From: Candidatus Omnitrophota bacterium
GTDB taxonomy: Bacteria > Omnitrophota > Omnitrophia > Omnitrophales > Aquincolibacteriaceae
Assembly (NCBI GenBank): GCA_003140935.1
Contig: PLLJ01000023.1
Location: forward strand, 24,824-88,823
Length of the DNA stretch: 64,000 nucleotides
Reading direction: 5' to 3'
Shown here in pieces: positions 47,247 to 56,020 of this stretch. The position numbers and the translations under genes are program-made. Below the pieces are notes generated by a model. That model made no database searches, was not told the DNA's origin, and saw only the letters and a list, made by a program, of their open reading frames with translations. Within the stretch, counting starts at the first letter, position 1. Each line of letters starts with the position of its first letter.

Positions 47247-47435
47247 TCAGTCCGTGGATTCCGCATAGAAATCCCGGATCTCTCCCGACGAGAATTCGGC
47301 GCGTATTCGAATAGGGCGGCAGCAAACTTCACAGTCCTGGACAAACTCCTGCCGTTTGCCGTTCGTGACATCAAGCCGTATACAGAGCGTCTGGCCGCAA
47401 TAAGGACATAAAAAGTTCCGATCGTTCTCGATCAT
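47247..47435 (-). CDS. Cysteine-rich CPXCG-family small protein (zinc-ribbon-like)
   Basis: MIENDRNFLCPYCGQTLCIRLDV...QDCEVCCRPIRIRAEF matches the CPxCG ... CEVCC pattern of this family. Confidence 0.65.
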   Translation of the reverse strand: MIENDRNFLCPYCGQTLCIRLDVTNGKRQEFVQDCEVCCRPIRIRAEFSSGEIRDFYAESTD

Positions 47436-47564
47436 AAAATCATCTGGTCCCGTAGAGAGGGTGTGTTTTCCACAAACTATTCATCAAGCAAAAATACGGC
47501 CCATCTCCGTTCCAATAATACGCTGCAGAGAAAAAAATTTCTAGGGGCATTATCCACTAACTTT

Positions 47565-47593
47565 ATGGAAAAAAGTCAGTAAAAAGGACATCT
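47565..47593 (+). promoter_or_regulatory. Recurring 26-bp motif, copy 6, about 120 nt upstream of the Cys-rich ORF at 47715
   Basis: TATGGAAAAAAGTCAGTAAAAAGGACATC. Confidence 0.4.
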
Positions 47594-47714
47594 GAGACAT
47601 GGACGCTTTTTGAGGTGAGAATTAGATTGAGGGGTGCATCGTTATGTCACAAAAGCTATTTTCTGGGTTCACAAACATTGACTGAATTCAGAAAAAAATA
47701 AGAGGAGGTCGGTC

Positions 47715-48050
47715 ATGGAAGGCAAATGTTCTCAAGATGCACACGGTCAGGAAACTTGCCGTGTGGAAGCACGCCCGCAGGAGACTTGCGCCAGTAAGTG
47801 CGAATGCGGTTGTCCCATCGAGAAGGCGACGGAAATGTGGAGTTGCGCCTTCTGCGAAGCCAAGAGGCAAGCTGCCGTTGAGATCCTAAAAGGCAAGATC
47901 CAAAAGGCTTGGGGCTCCAAAATGGAGAAAGTAGCGGATGCGGTCCTTGCCGCGAAGGATGCCGAATGGAAAGCGATGCTCGCCAAAGGTAAAGCCAAAA
48001 TGGACCTTAAAGATCAGATGCTCAAGATCCTGGCGAAGAGCGAGAAATAG
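47715..48050 (+). CDS. Cys-rich hypothetical protein (CECGCP / CAFCE motifs), Lys/Ala-rich C-terminus
   Basis: AAGAGGAGG RBS. MEGKCSQDAHGQETCRVEARPQETCASKCECGCPIEKATEMWSCAFCEAK... Confidence 0.55.
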   Translation: MEGKCSQDAHGQETCRVEARPQETCASKCECGCPIEKATEMWSCAFCEAKRQAAVEILKGKIQKAWGSKMEKVADAVLAAKDAEWKAMLAKGKAKMDLKDQMLKILAKSEK

Positions 48051-48179
48051 TCAAAGGCGTCGGTTCATTCTTTGAAGTGCCGGAATGATCGAAGAACGTG
48101 AATGCTCGCGTTCCGGTGCTTCGAGGAATGGTTCATGGTCATGTGACAGACGTTTCTGAAAAGGAACAAAAGGTAGCTT

Positions 48180-49385
48180 ATGCCAGAAAATGTTTTTACT
48201 TATATTATTGTGGGGGGAGGATTAGCCGGAGCTTCGGCGATCGAAGGGATCAGGGAACAAGATGCCGCGGGAACGCTCCTCCTGATCGGTGATGAAAAAC
48301 ATTTGCCTTATGACCGTCCGCCTCTTTCCAAGAAATTATGGCTTGGCAAAAAACGCGTTGATGAGATCTTTCTTCACGACGCAGCCTTCTATCGCGCGAA
48401 CCACGTCGAATTAAAACTCGGCGTCACGGTGACCCGCCTTGATCCTTTCCGGAAAACGGTCGCGGACGATTCCGGCAACGAATACCACTACGGAAAACTA
48501 CTTTTGGCGACGGGCGGGAGGCCCCGTCCTTTGCCGGTCCCGGGCGGTGAACTGGACGGCATCTGCTATTTCCGCTACCTGGATGATTATGAAAAGGTCC
48601 GCGCCAAGGCCGCTCCGGGCCGCTCCGTGTTGGTCGTCGGTGGCGGGTTCATCGGTTCCGAAATGGCGGCCGCGTTGTGCGTGAACGGGCTCGCAGTGAC
48701 CATGATCTTTCCCGAGGATTCTTTATGCCAGTTGGTATTTCCTCCTGCTTTGTCTCTGGCGATGCGGAACTATTTTCTTGATAAGGGCATCGTGATCTTG
48801 AACGGGGACAAGCCCGTTGCGATCTCCAAGAGAGGCGAAGGGTTTGTCACGCGTACGGAAAAAGGCCGTGAGATCGGTTCGGACATTGTCATCGTGGGCA
48901 TCGGGATCCAGCCGGAGGTGAAGCTCGCTTCATCCGCCGGACTGAAGATCGAAAACGGTATCGTTGTGAATGAATACCTCCAAACTTCCTACCCCGGTAT
49001 TTACGCGGCGGGAGACAATGCGTACTTTCCTTGCAAAGCCCTGGGGAAAAAAATGCGCGCCGAACACTGGGATAATGCGCTCAACCAGGGAAAATACGCG
49101 GGCCGCAATATGGCGGGGAGCGTACAGCCTTATGACTATCTTGCTTACTTTTTCTCGGATCTTTTTGAATTCGGCTACGAAGCGGTCGGTGAGGTTAGTT
49201 CAAAGCTGACGGTCTTCGCCGACTGGCAGGAGGAGAACCGCAAAGGTGTTGTCTATTATTTGGACCGGAATAAGGTCCGGGGCGTTATGTTGTGCGATGT
49301 GTGGGGCCAAGTGGACGCCGCCCGGCAGTTGATCCTGAAGAGCGAGGATGTGACCGAAGCCGGGTTGCGAGGCGCGATCCGATGA
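48180..49385 (+). CDS. FAD-dependent pyridine-nucleotide-disulfide oxidoreductase (ferredoxin/rubredoxin reductase or AIF-like)
   Basis: YIIVGGGLAGASAIEGIRE...IGDEKHLPYDRPPLSK... and a second dinucleotide motif VLVVGGGFIGSEMAAAL. Confidence 0.8.
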   Translation: MPENVFTYIIVGGGLAGASAIEGIREQDAAGTLLLIGDEKHLPYDRPPLSKKLWLGKKRVDEIFLHDAAFYRANHVELKLGVTVTRLDPFRKTVADDSGNEYHYGKLLLATGGRPRPLPVPGGELDGICYFRYLDDYEKVRAKAAPGRSVLVVGGGFIGSEMAAALCVNGLAVTMIFPEDSLCQLVFPPALSLAMRNYFLDKGIVILNGDKPVAISKRGEGFVTRTEKGREIGSDIVIVGIGIQPEVKLASSAGLKIENGIVVNEYLQTSYPGIYAAGDNAYFPCKALGKKMRAEHWDNALNQGKYAGRNMAGSVQPYDYLAYFFSDLFEFGYEAVGEVSSKLTVFADWQEENRKGVVYYLDRNKVRGVMLCDVWGQVDAARQLILKSEDVTEAGLRGAIR

Positions 49386-49449
49386 AGCGAGCGATCTTAG
49401 CGAATAAAAAGGTTGAGATAACGCGAAGGGATAAGGAGCAAGAGAACCC

Positions 49450-50205
49450 ATGACAGTAGCTCTGTCCGGCAAAACGGCTTTGATCACAGGAGCTTCGAAA
49501 AGGATCGGCAACGCGATCGTCCGGGGCCTTGCGGAAAAAGGGGTTCATGTGGTCATTCATTATTCTTCGTCCGCGAAGGAAGCGAAGCAGTTGTGTGAAG
49601 AATTGAAAGTTTATAAAGTGAATGCCTGGACGATCAAAGCCGATTTTACAGATCCTTCCGAATATGAAACTCTGATCCAACGAGCCATGAAGATCGCCGG
49701 CCCTCTGGATATTTTGATCAATAACGCCTCTTTTTTTTCGTCCGACCAGATGGGTAACATGACTTTCGCGGGCCTGATGCAGCAGATCGAGATCAATGCC
49801 TGGGCGCCTTTTGTCCTGAGCCGGGAATTTGAGCGGCAACAACGGGGAAGTATTATCAATATCTTGGATGCCAAGATCACCGGATATGACAGAGAACATG
49901 TTTCATACCTCTTAAGCAAACAGATGTTCGCGATCCTTACAAAAATGACGGCTCTCGATTTTGCTCCGGCGGTCCGGGTGAACGGCATCGCTCCGGGGCT
50001 GATCTTATCGCCGGCCGGCAAGGACGAAAAATATCTTAAAAATCTTGCTAAAACCGTTCCGCTCAAACGGTCGGGAAGCCCGGAGGATATCGTGTCCGCC
50101 GCGATCTATCTGCTTACGAATGATTTTCTAACCGGCCAGGTCCTTTTTGTGGACGGCGGCCGTCACATCACGGAGGAAAACCTTGGACCGGATCTTTATC
50201 AGTGA
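49450..50205 (+). CDS. FolM/PTR1-like short-chain dehydrogenase (pteridine or dihydromonapterin reductase)
   Basis: ALITGASKRIGNAIV...ILINNASFF...VNGIAPGLILSP...LTGQVLFVDGGRHI parallels E. coli FolM blocks. Lies head of the folB-folK-folE-PCD operon. Confidence 0.65.
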   Translation: MTVALSGKTALITGASKRIGNAIVRGLAEKGVHVVIHYSSSAKEAKQLCEELKVYKVNAWTIKADFTDPSEYETLIQRAMKIAGPLDILINNASFFSSDQMGNMTFAGLMQQIEINAWAPFVLSREFERQQRGSIINILDAKITGYDREHVSYLLSKQMFAILTKMTALDFAPAVRVNGIAPGLILSPAGKDEKYLKNLAKTVPLKRSGSPEDIVSAAIYLLTNDFLTGQVLFVDGGRHITEENLGPDLYQ

Positions 50206-50536
50206 CCTCCAAGCGCGCTGCATCATCGGCGTTTGGGAAGAGGAGCGCAGGGAAAAACAAGACGTGATCATCAATATTGTCCTGTCTACGGATCTCCGGA
50301 AACCGGGACGAACGGACCGGTTCGAAGACGCTCTGGATTACCGGGACCTCAAAAAAAAGATCTTACACCTCATTGAAAATTCAAAATATTTTCTGGTGGA
50401 GGCTCTGGCCGAGGCCATTGCGGCGTTTTGTCTTGAAAATGAAAAAGTGATCGGCGCTCGGGTCCGGGTCGAAAAACCGGGCGCCCTTCGTTTTGCGAGA
50501 AGCGTGGGCGTTGAGATCGAACGTGAGAGGAGCTGA
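50183..50536 (+). CDS. folB: Dihydroneopterin aldolase
   Basis: TTG start with GGAGG RBS, overlapping the SDR 3' end. DRIFISDLQARCIIGVWEEERREKQDVIINIVL...RVRVEKPGALRFARSVGVEIER. Confidence 0.75.
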   Translation: MDRIFISDLQARCIIGVWEEERREKQDVIINIVLSTDLRKPGRTDRFEDALDYRDLKKKILHLIENSKYFLVEALAEAIAAFCLENEKVIGARVRVEKPGALRFARSVGVEIERERS

Positions 50537-50538
50537 AC

Positions 50539-51090
50539 ATGCCCCGGGCCTTCATAGGTATCGGATCGAACATTGATCCGGAAAAGAATGTGAAAGAAGC
50601 GCTCCGTCTTCTTTCCGCCCGAACTTCCGTTCTTAAGATCTCAACCGTTTACCATACGGAACCCGAGCTCCGGCCGGAACAACCTTGGTACTATAACTGT
50701 GTTGCGGAGATCGATACGGAGCTCCGGCCGGAAGAACTGAAATTCGCCCTGCTGAGGGGGATCGAAAAAGAACTGGGCCGTAAACGGACCGCGGACAAAT
50801 TTGCCGAACGCACGATCGACCTTGACCTGCTCCTTTACAGTGACCCGTCCGTTGAACCCGCCGGGCTTTTTGTGCAAGATCCGGACATTTTTCGCCGGCC
50901 CTACCTCGCGGCAGCGTTATTGGAATTGTCACCCGGTCTGAAATTGCGGGAGCCGCAGTCCTTGGAAGCGCGTGTCCCGGAACCGGCCTTAAGCACCGCC
51001 AGGCCGGAAGTGCCACCTTCAAAGATGGAAGTTCTGGAAGCGTACACTCAATCGTTAAGAAAGGAGATTCTCCGTGGCGGCAAATGTTGA
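50539..51090 (+). CDS. folK: 2-amino-4-hydroxy-6-hydroxymethyldihydropteridine pyrophosphokinase
   Basis: [25 protein letters not shown]...YHTEPE...[10 protein letters not shown]. Confidence 0.85.
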   Translation: MPRAFIGIGSNIDPEKNVKEALRLLSARTSVLKISTVYHTEPELRPEQPWYYNCVAEIDTELRPEELKFALLRGIEKELGRKRTADKFAERTIDLDLLLYSDPSVEPAGLFVQDPDIFRRPYLAAALLELSPGLKLREPQSLEARVPEPALSTARPEVPPSKMEVLEAYTQSLRKEILRGGKC

Positions 51091-51652
51091 GAAGATCGAG
51101 GCTTTGGTGAAACAACTGTTGATCGAATTGGGGGAGGACCCGGAACGGGAAGGCCTGATCAAGACACCCGAACGCGTTGCCAAATCATTGGCTTTTTTGA
51201 CCTCCGGTTACGGAACCGATCCGCATAAAGTGATCCAGGAAGCCTGTTTCAATCAAAACACGAACAGCATGGTCGTGATCAAGAATATCGAGATCTATAG
51301 TATCTGCGAGCATCATTTGCTACCTTTTTACGGACGCTGTCATGTCGGATATATTTGCAACGGGAAAGTCCCGGGCTGCAGCAAGATCGTCCGTCTCGTT
51401 GAAATGTTCGCGCGGAGGCTTCAGATCCAGGAACGCCTGACCGAGGAGATCTCTTGCGCGGTCCAGGAAACGATCGGCGCGATGGGGGTTGGGGTCATGA
51501 TCGAAGCCCGGCATCTCTGCATGATGATGCGTGGCGTGGAAAAACAAAATTCAATTCTAGTGACATCCTCGGTCCTCGGGGCATTCCGGGACCGTCCGGC
51601 GACAAGGCAGGAGTTCCTTTCTTTAATTGAACGGGACAAAGTATCGATCTAA
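51074..51652 (+). CDS. folE: GTP cyclohydrolase I
   Basis: GTG start with AAGGAG RBS; 17-nt overlap with folK. ...[20 protein letters not shown]... Confidence 0.9.
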   Translation: MAANVEKIEALVKQLLIELGEDPEREGLIKTPERVAKSLAFLTSGYGTDPHKVIQEACFNQNTNSMVVIKNIEIYSICEHHLLPFYGRCHVGYICNGKVPGCSKIVRLVEMFARRLQIQERLTEEISCAVQETIGAMGVGVMIEARHLCMMMRGVEKQNSILVTSSVLGAFRDRPATRQEFLSLIERDKVSI

Positions 51653-51668
51653 AAAGACGGAGGGACCT

Positions 51669-52019
51669 ATGAGCGATCCGAATTTTTCACGGCAAGAACC
51701 GGAACTGACGTCAAAGAAATGCGTTCCCTGCGCGGCCGGGACAAAGCCAAAGACCGAGGCGGAAATCGGCAAACTTTTGAAAGACCTCCCGGGCTGGCAA
51801 TATGAAAAAGGAGAGATCGTCAAAACATTCACGTTCAAAAATTACTCCGAGGTAGTTCCCTTTGTGAATGCGGTGGCGTGGATCGCGAACCGCGAAAACC
51901 ATCATCCGGAGATCGAGTTCGGGTACAAGACCTGCCGGGTCCGGTATTCGACGCACGCGATCGGCGGGCTCTCGGACAATGATTTTATTTGTGCCGCCAA
52001 GATCGACCGACTCTTGTGA
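51669..52019 (+). CDS. Pterin-4a-carbinolamine dehydratase
   Basis: GGAGGGA RBS. ...DLPGWQYEKGEIVKTFTFKNYSEVVPFVNAVAWIANRENHHPEIEFGYKTCRVRYSTHAIGGLSDNDFICAAKID. Confidence 0.85.
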   Translation: MSDPNFSRQEPELTSKKCVPCAAGTKPKTEAEIGKLLKDLPGWQYEKGEIVKTFTFKNYSEVVPFVNAVAWIANRENHHPEIEFGYKTCRVRYSTHAIGGLSDNDFICAAKIDRLL

Positions 52020-52028
52020 GGAGGGAGT

Positions 52029-53534
52029 GTGGATGCGTACTTCGGGGATTTCCGTTTCGGAAATCTGATCTTTCAACGTTGTCTTGCCGCAGTCTATCTT
52101 ATCGCTTTCATTTCGGCACTGAACCAGTTTCCAGCGCTGCTTGGAGAGAAGGGATTCTTACCGGTCTCTGATTTCATCCGGAGAGTTCCTTTTGAAGACA
52201 CCCCCAGTTTATTTTATCTGGGCTATTCGGACCGGCTGTTCACCTATGTTGCATGGATCGGGATCATCCTTTCTTCGCTTATTTTTTTGGGATTGTTTGA
52301 ACGAGTACCCTGGTGGTTACTGACCGCGGCATGGCTCGTTCTTTGGTTTCTTTATCTCTCCATTGTCAATGTGGGACAAATCTTTTACGCCTTCGGCTGG
52401 GAGTCGATGCTGCTCGAGGCGGGATTCTTCGCGGCCTTTCTTGGGCCTGCCACACAGAATCCGTCCTTGATCCCGGTGTTGGCCGTACGTTGGATGCTTT
52501 TTCGGCTGATACTCGGAGCGGGTCTGATCAAGCTGCGGAACGATCCGTGCTGGCGTGACCTCACATGTCTTTTCTACCATTACGAGACCCAGCCGATCCC
52601 GAATCCTTTGAGCTGGTATTTCCATCATCTTCCGAAGATCCCGCTGATGATCGGCGTTTTTTTTAATCACTTTGTCGAGGTGGCCGCACCTTTCGGACTT
52701 CTCGGTCCTCAGTGGGTCGCCGCAGCCGCCGGCATGATCATTATTTCTCACCAGCTCGTGCTGATCGTGGGAGGGAACTACGCCTGGCTGAACATGTTAA
52801 CGATCGTTCTCGGGATCACTGCGTTCAGCGATGGAGTGATCGGCCGGCTCCTTCCGGGTCCCGCGATCTCCATGCCCGCAGTCCAACCTCGCCCGGAAAG
52901 CTACCATACGATCCTGATGATGCTTGCCCTTGTCACAGTCGTTTTAAGCGTTCGCCCGGCACTGAACCTTTGTTCCCGGGAACAGCGCATGAACTATAGC
53001 TACAATCCCATCCATCTGATCAATGATTACGGTGTTTTCGGGACCATCACCAAGGAACGCTATGAGATCGTGATCGAGGGGACCGGTGACGCGACACTTA
53101 CGCCGAAAACAAAATGGAAAGAATATGAATTCAAAGGCAAACCGGGGGATGTGCGGCGAATGCCACCCCAAATAGCGCCGTACCACTTGCGGCTGGATTG
53201 GCTCATGTGGTTCCTTCCTTTTTCCGTAGAAGTAACGGAAAACGGTATCCTGATGGCGGGGCATGAGCTCTGGTTCCTACGATTCATGGAGAAATTGCTT
53301 GAAGCGGACCGGAAGACGCTTAAACTCTTAAGAACGGATCCGTTCTCAGGGAAACCGCCTCATTATTTGCGGGCGAGATATTACCTGTACCAGTTCACGA
53401 ACTGGAAAGAAAAAAAAGCGACCGGGGCCTGGTGGAAAAGAAAACTGATCGATGAATATCTGCCGCCGGTAACGCTGGCCGGCTTAAGGAAAGCTCTCGA
53501 CTTTCCCGAAAAACCGTACAAAGAGGGAGTTTAA
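52029..53534 (+). CDS. Lipase-maturation-factor (LMF/HTTM-like) family polytopic membrane protein
   Basis: GTG start. Multi-TM N-terminal half with a conserved C-terminal region. Family assignment is from memory of LMF-type topology and motifs. Confidence 0.5.
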   Translation: MDAYFGDFRFGNLIFQRCLAAVYLIAFISALNQFPALLGEKGFLPVSDFIRRVPFEDTPSLFYLGYSDRLFTYVAWIGIILSSLIFLGLFERVPWWLLTAAWLVLWFLYLSIVNVGQIFYAFGWESMLLEAGFFAAFLGPATQNPSLIPVLAVRWMLFRLILGAGLIKLRNDPCWRDLTCLFYHYETQPIPNPLSWYFHHLPKIPLMIGVFFNHFVEVAAPFGLLGPQWVAAAAGMIIISHQLVLIVGGNYAWLNMLTIVLGITAFSDGVIGRLLPGPAISMPAVQPRPESYHTILMMLALVTVVLSVRPALNLCSREQRMNYSYNPIHLINDYGVFGTITKERYEIVIEGTGDATLTPKTKWKEYEFKGKPGDVRRMPPQIAPYHLRLDWLMWFLPFSVEVTENGILMAGHELWFLRFMEKLLEADRKTLKLLRTDPFSGKPPHYLRARYYLYQFTNWKEKKATGAWWKRKLIDEYLPPVTLAGLRKALDFPEKPYKEGV

Positions 53535-53535
53535 C

Positions 53536-53919
53536 ATGGCTGTGAGCTTCAGGGTCTATCCTACGATGCTTTTTGACGGGGACTGCGGCTTCTGCCGGTA
53601 CTGGATCGAGCAATGGCAGCGAATTACCCGGGATAAGGTCCAGTACCGCTCTTTCCAGGAGGCCCTGATTCAATTTCCGCATTTGACGGAAAAAGAATGC
53701 ATGGAGTCCGTTCGCCTCATCCTGCCTGACGGTTCGATCTCCTCCGGAGCGCGTGCAGTCTTCAAGGCTTTCGCCATCGCTGACCGCTTTGTCTGGCTTC
53801 TGAAGTGTTACGATTGTGTGCCGCTTTTTGGCCGTGTCGCAGAATGGGGCTACAGACTTGTTGCCGCCCACCGCATCTTTCTTTCAAAATCTCATAACTC
53901 AGTTCAATGCCGGAAGTGA
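53536..53919 (+). CDS. Thiol-disulfide oxidoreductase, DCC (DUF393) family
   Basis: MLFDGDCGFCRYWIEQWQR... matches the DCC signature. Starts 2 nt after the LMF stop. Confidence 0.75.
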   Translation: MAVSFRVYPTMLFDGDCGFCRYWIEQWQRITRDKVQYRSFQEALIQFPHLTEKECMESVRLILPDGSISSGARAVFKAFAIADRFVWLLKCYDCVPLFGRVAEWGYRLVAAHRIFLSKSHNSVQCRK

Positions 53920-54014
53920 CGGCAGTCCGTCTATCCTTGCCTTGGATTATTTTCTCAAATGGTTGGCAAGGATTGCCCCAATTCCAACTCCGTTGAAATT
54001 GATAGGTATTGGGA

Positions 54015-54770
54015 CTAGGCTTGCTCTGCGCGCATCATCAGAACCGTAATGTTGTCCAGTCCGCCCGAACGATTGGCTTCGGCGACAAGCTTTTCGCAAG
54101 CCTCCCGGAGGTCTTCCTGTTGCAGAAGGATCTCTTGAATCAGGGTATCGCTGAGCATGTCATGCAGTCCATCGCTGCATAAGAGGACGCGGTCGCCGGG
54201 TTCGATCGAAAGAACAGCGATCGCCGGCGAGATCTTTGGACCATGTCCCAGGCATTGTGTCAGCTGGAACCGTCCCGGATGCCCCCGCTGTTCATTTTCC
54301 GATACAAGACCACTCTCAAGTAATTCCTGAAAAACGGAATGGTCTTTGGTCAAGCGGCAAAGCTTGCCGTCACGGAAAAGATACGCCCGGCTGTCACCCA
54401 CATGAGCGATCAGGATACGGTCGTTACGGACCAGACACAGAACCACGGTTGTTCCCATTCCTTTTTGCTCCGGATGCGCCATTCCAGTTTCATGGATCTG
54501 TCGATTGACCGTCTCTAACAAGTCCGCGACGGTTCTCGAGGCTTCCGGGTTTTCCAGGGATCTGAGGCTAGGGTGTTTCTCCCGGAAGAATCGAGGGAGT
54601 AACGTGACGGCCACGCCTGCAGCGATTTCGCCGGCGGCATGACCGCCCATTCCGTCCGCGACAAGATAAAGCCCTTCCGCTGAGTCCGCATTCCAGGCGT
54701 CCTCGTTGTTGAGCCTTGTGCGCCCCAAGTCCGATAGCCCATAGTGTTCAAAGCGACTTATATCTGACAT
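54015..54770 (-). CDS. PP2C-family Ser/Thr protein phosphatase (Stp1-like)
   Basis: ...LYLVADGMGGHAAGEIAAGVAV...LCSDGLHDMLSD...GGLDNITVLMM. Confidence 0.85.
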   Translation of the reverse strand: MSDISRFEHYGLSDLGRTRLNNEDAWNADSAEGLYLVADGMGGHAAGEIAAGVAVTLLPRFFREKHPSLRSLENPEASRTVADLLETVNRQIHETGMAHPEQKGMGTTVVLCLVRNDRILIAHVGDSRAYLFRDGKLCRLTKDHSVFQELLESGLVSENEQRGHPGRFQLTQCLGHGPKISPAIAVLSIEPGDRVLLCSDGLHDMLSDTLIQEILLQQEDLREACEKLVAEANRSGGLDNITVLMMRAEQA

Positions 54771-54810
54771 GCGACCATTTTAACGTACTTTCCGTGGAAA
54801 ATGTATCTGA

Positions 54811-54839
54811 GGGGGAAAAAAGTCAGAAAAATGAGGATG
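54811..54839 (+). promoter_or_regulatory. Recurring 26-bp motif, copy 7, about 110 nt upstream of the ORF at 54951
   Basis: GGGGGAAAAAAGTCAGAAAAATGAGGATG. Confidence 0.45.
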
Positions 54840-54950
54840 CGGATAATTTACCGATTTTTCAACAGGCATAGAATGCTAGTCGGGACGATCAGTGAGTTCT
54901 CGGGGAAACGTGTTTGAGTCAACACCCATTCAAAAAAAGGGAGGAGAGTT

Positions 54951-55511
54951 ATGAGACTTTCCAGGAATTTGATAGCGGGATTATCAATGATCGCGCTGAT
55001 GATCGCGTTTTTGCCGCTGTCCTTCGGACATTGGGCAGGGCATGACAAGGCGCAGTGTGAAAGCAACATAAAAACCCTGAAGGATTCGGCAGCTATCCTT
55101 CAAGCGAGCCATCCGGATCTGGCAAAAAGTTTGACAGAGATGGCGGGTCAGAAAGAAGAAGCGATGAAAAAAATGCGGGCGATGCACGAAGCATCCCTCA
55201 AAACCGTGGAAGATGCCGCAACGGCTTTGCAGCCAGTGAATCCGGAACTCTCGAAGGGACTGAAGGCTTACGCCGACCAAGAAGAGAAAGAAGAAATGGG
55301 ATCGGCGGAGATGCCAGCCATGCAGAAGGAAGATAGGGCGGCTACGATCAAGCTCCTGAAGAATGCGGGGGAAGCTCTCAAGCCGTCAAATCCGGCGCTG
55401 GCGATGAAATTGACGACCATGGCGAATAAAAAAGAGATGAAAACGCAGTGCATGAAAGACGCGAAAAATCAATCGGGTGAGACGGAAGAAGAAAAAGAAA
55501 TGCCCATGTAG
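54951..55511 (+). CDS. Secreted protein with internal ~35-aa helical repeats, hypothetical
   Basis: GGGAGGAGAG RBS. Signal peptide. Repeats ILQASHPDLAKSLTEMAGQKEE / ALQPVNPELSKGLKAYADQEEKEE / EALKPSNPALAMKLTTMANKKE. Confidence 0.55.
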   Translation: MRLSRNLIAGLSMIALMIAFLPLSFGHWAGHDKAQCESNIKTLKDSAAILQASHPDLAKSLTEMAGQKEEAMKKMRAMHEASLKTVEDAATALQPVNPELSKGLKAYADQEEKEEMGSAEMPAMQKEDRAATIKLLKNAGEALKPSNPALAMKLTTMANKKEMKTQCMKDAKNQSGETEEEKEMPM

Positions 55512-55639
55512 AAATACACAAAGCAGACGGGATACGCGAGGAGTCTCCTGGGGTGGGATGAGACTCCCGCGGTTTCCCGGTAGTGGTGTCCAGGCTGTTC
55601 GGGATGATGCGAACATCCTTCAAAGTAAAGGAGCGGAAA

Positions 55640-55978
55640 ATGGCGGGGGAAAAAAGATCGCAATTCCAAACCATGGCATCCGCCAGCGCGACCACGTTCG
55701 ATGAACCGGTCCCCGTTCAAGAAATGTCCGTCCCATTCGTTTTGTCTGCACCCCAGGCGGAAAAAGTGAGCGTTGCAGGCACTTTCAATCATTGGGATGT
55801 CAAAGCTTTGCAAATGAAAAAGGATAAACAAGGACGCTGGAGTTCGAGAATTTCTTTGAAACCGGGCCGCTATGAATACTTGTTCGTTGTGGATGACCAA
55901 TGGCTCAGGGATCCCGGGGCCAGGGAAACGGTTCAAAACTCATTTGGGTCGGTGAATTCTGTTTTGAAAGTCGAATAG
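55640..55978 (+). CDS. CBM48 (glycogen-binding, AMPK-beta-like) domain protein
   Basis: AAGGAG RBS. VPFVLSAPQAEKVSVAGTFNHWDVKALQMKKDKQGRWSSRISLKPGRYEYLFVVDDQWLRDP. Confidence 0.65.
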   Translation: MAGEKRSQFQTMASASATTFDEPVPVQEMSVPFVLSAPQAEKVSVAGTFNHWDVKALQMKKDKQGRWSSRISLKPGRYEYLFVVDDQWLRDPGARETVQNSFGSVNSVLKVE

Positions 55979-56020
55979 TCGATTTCTTGTAGAAGTTTTT
56001 TGAAAAGATCGGGGGCCGTC

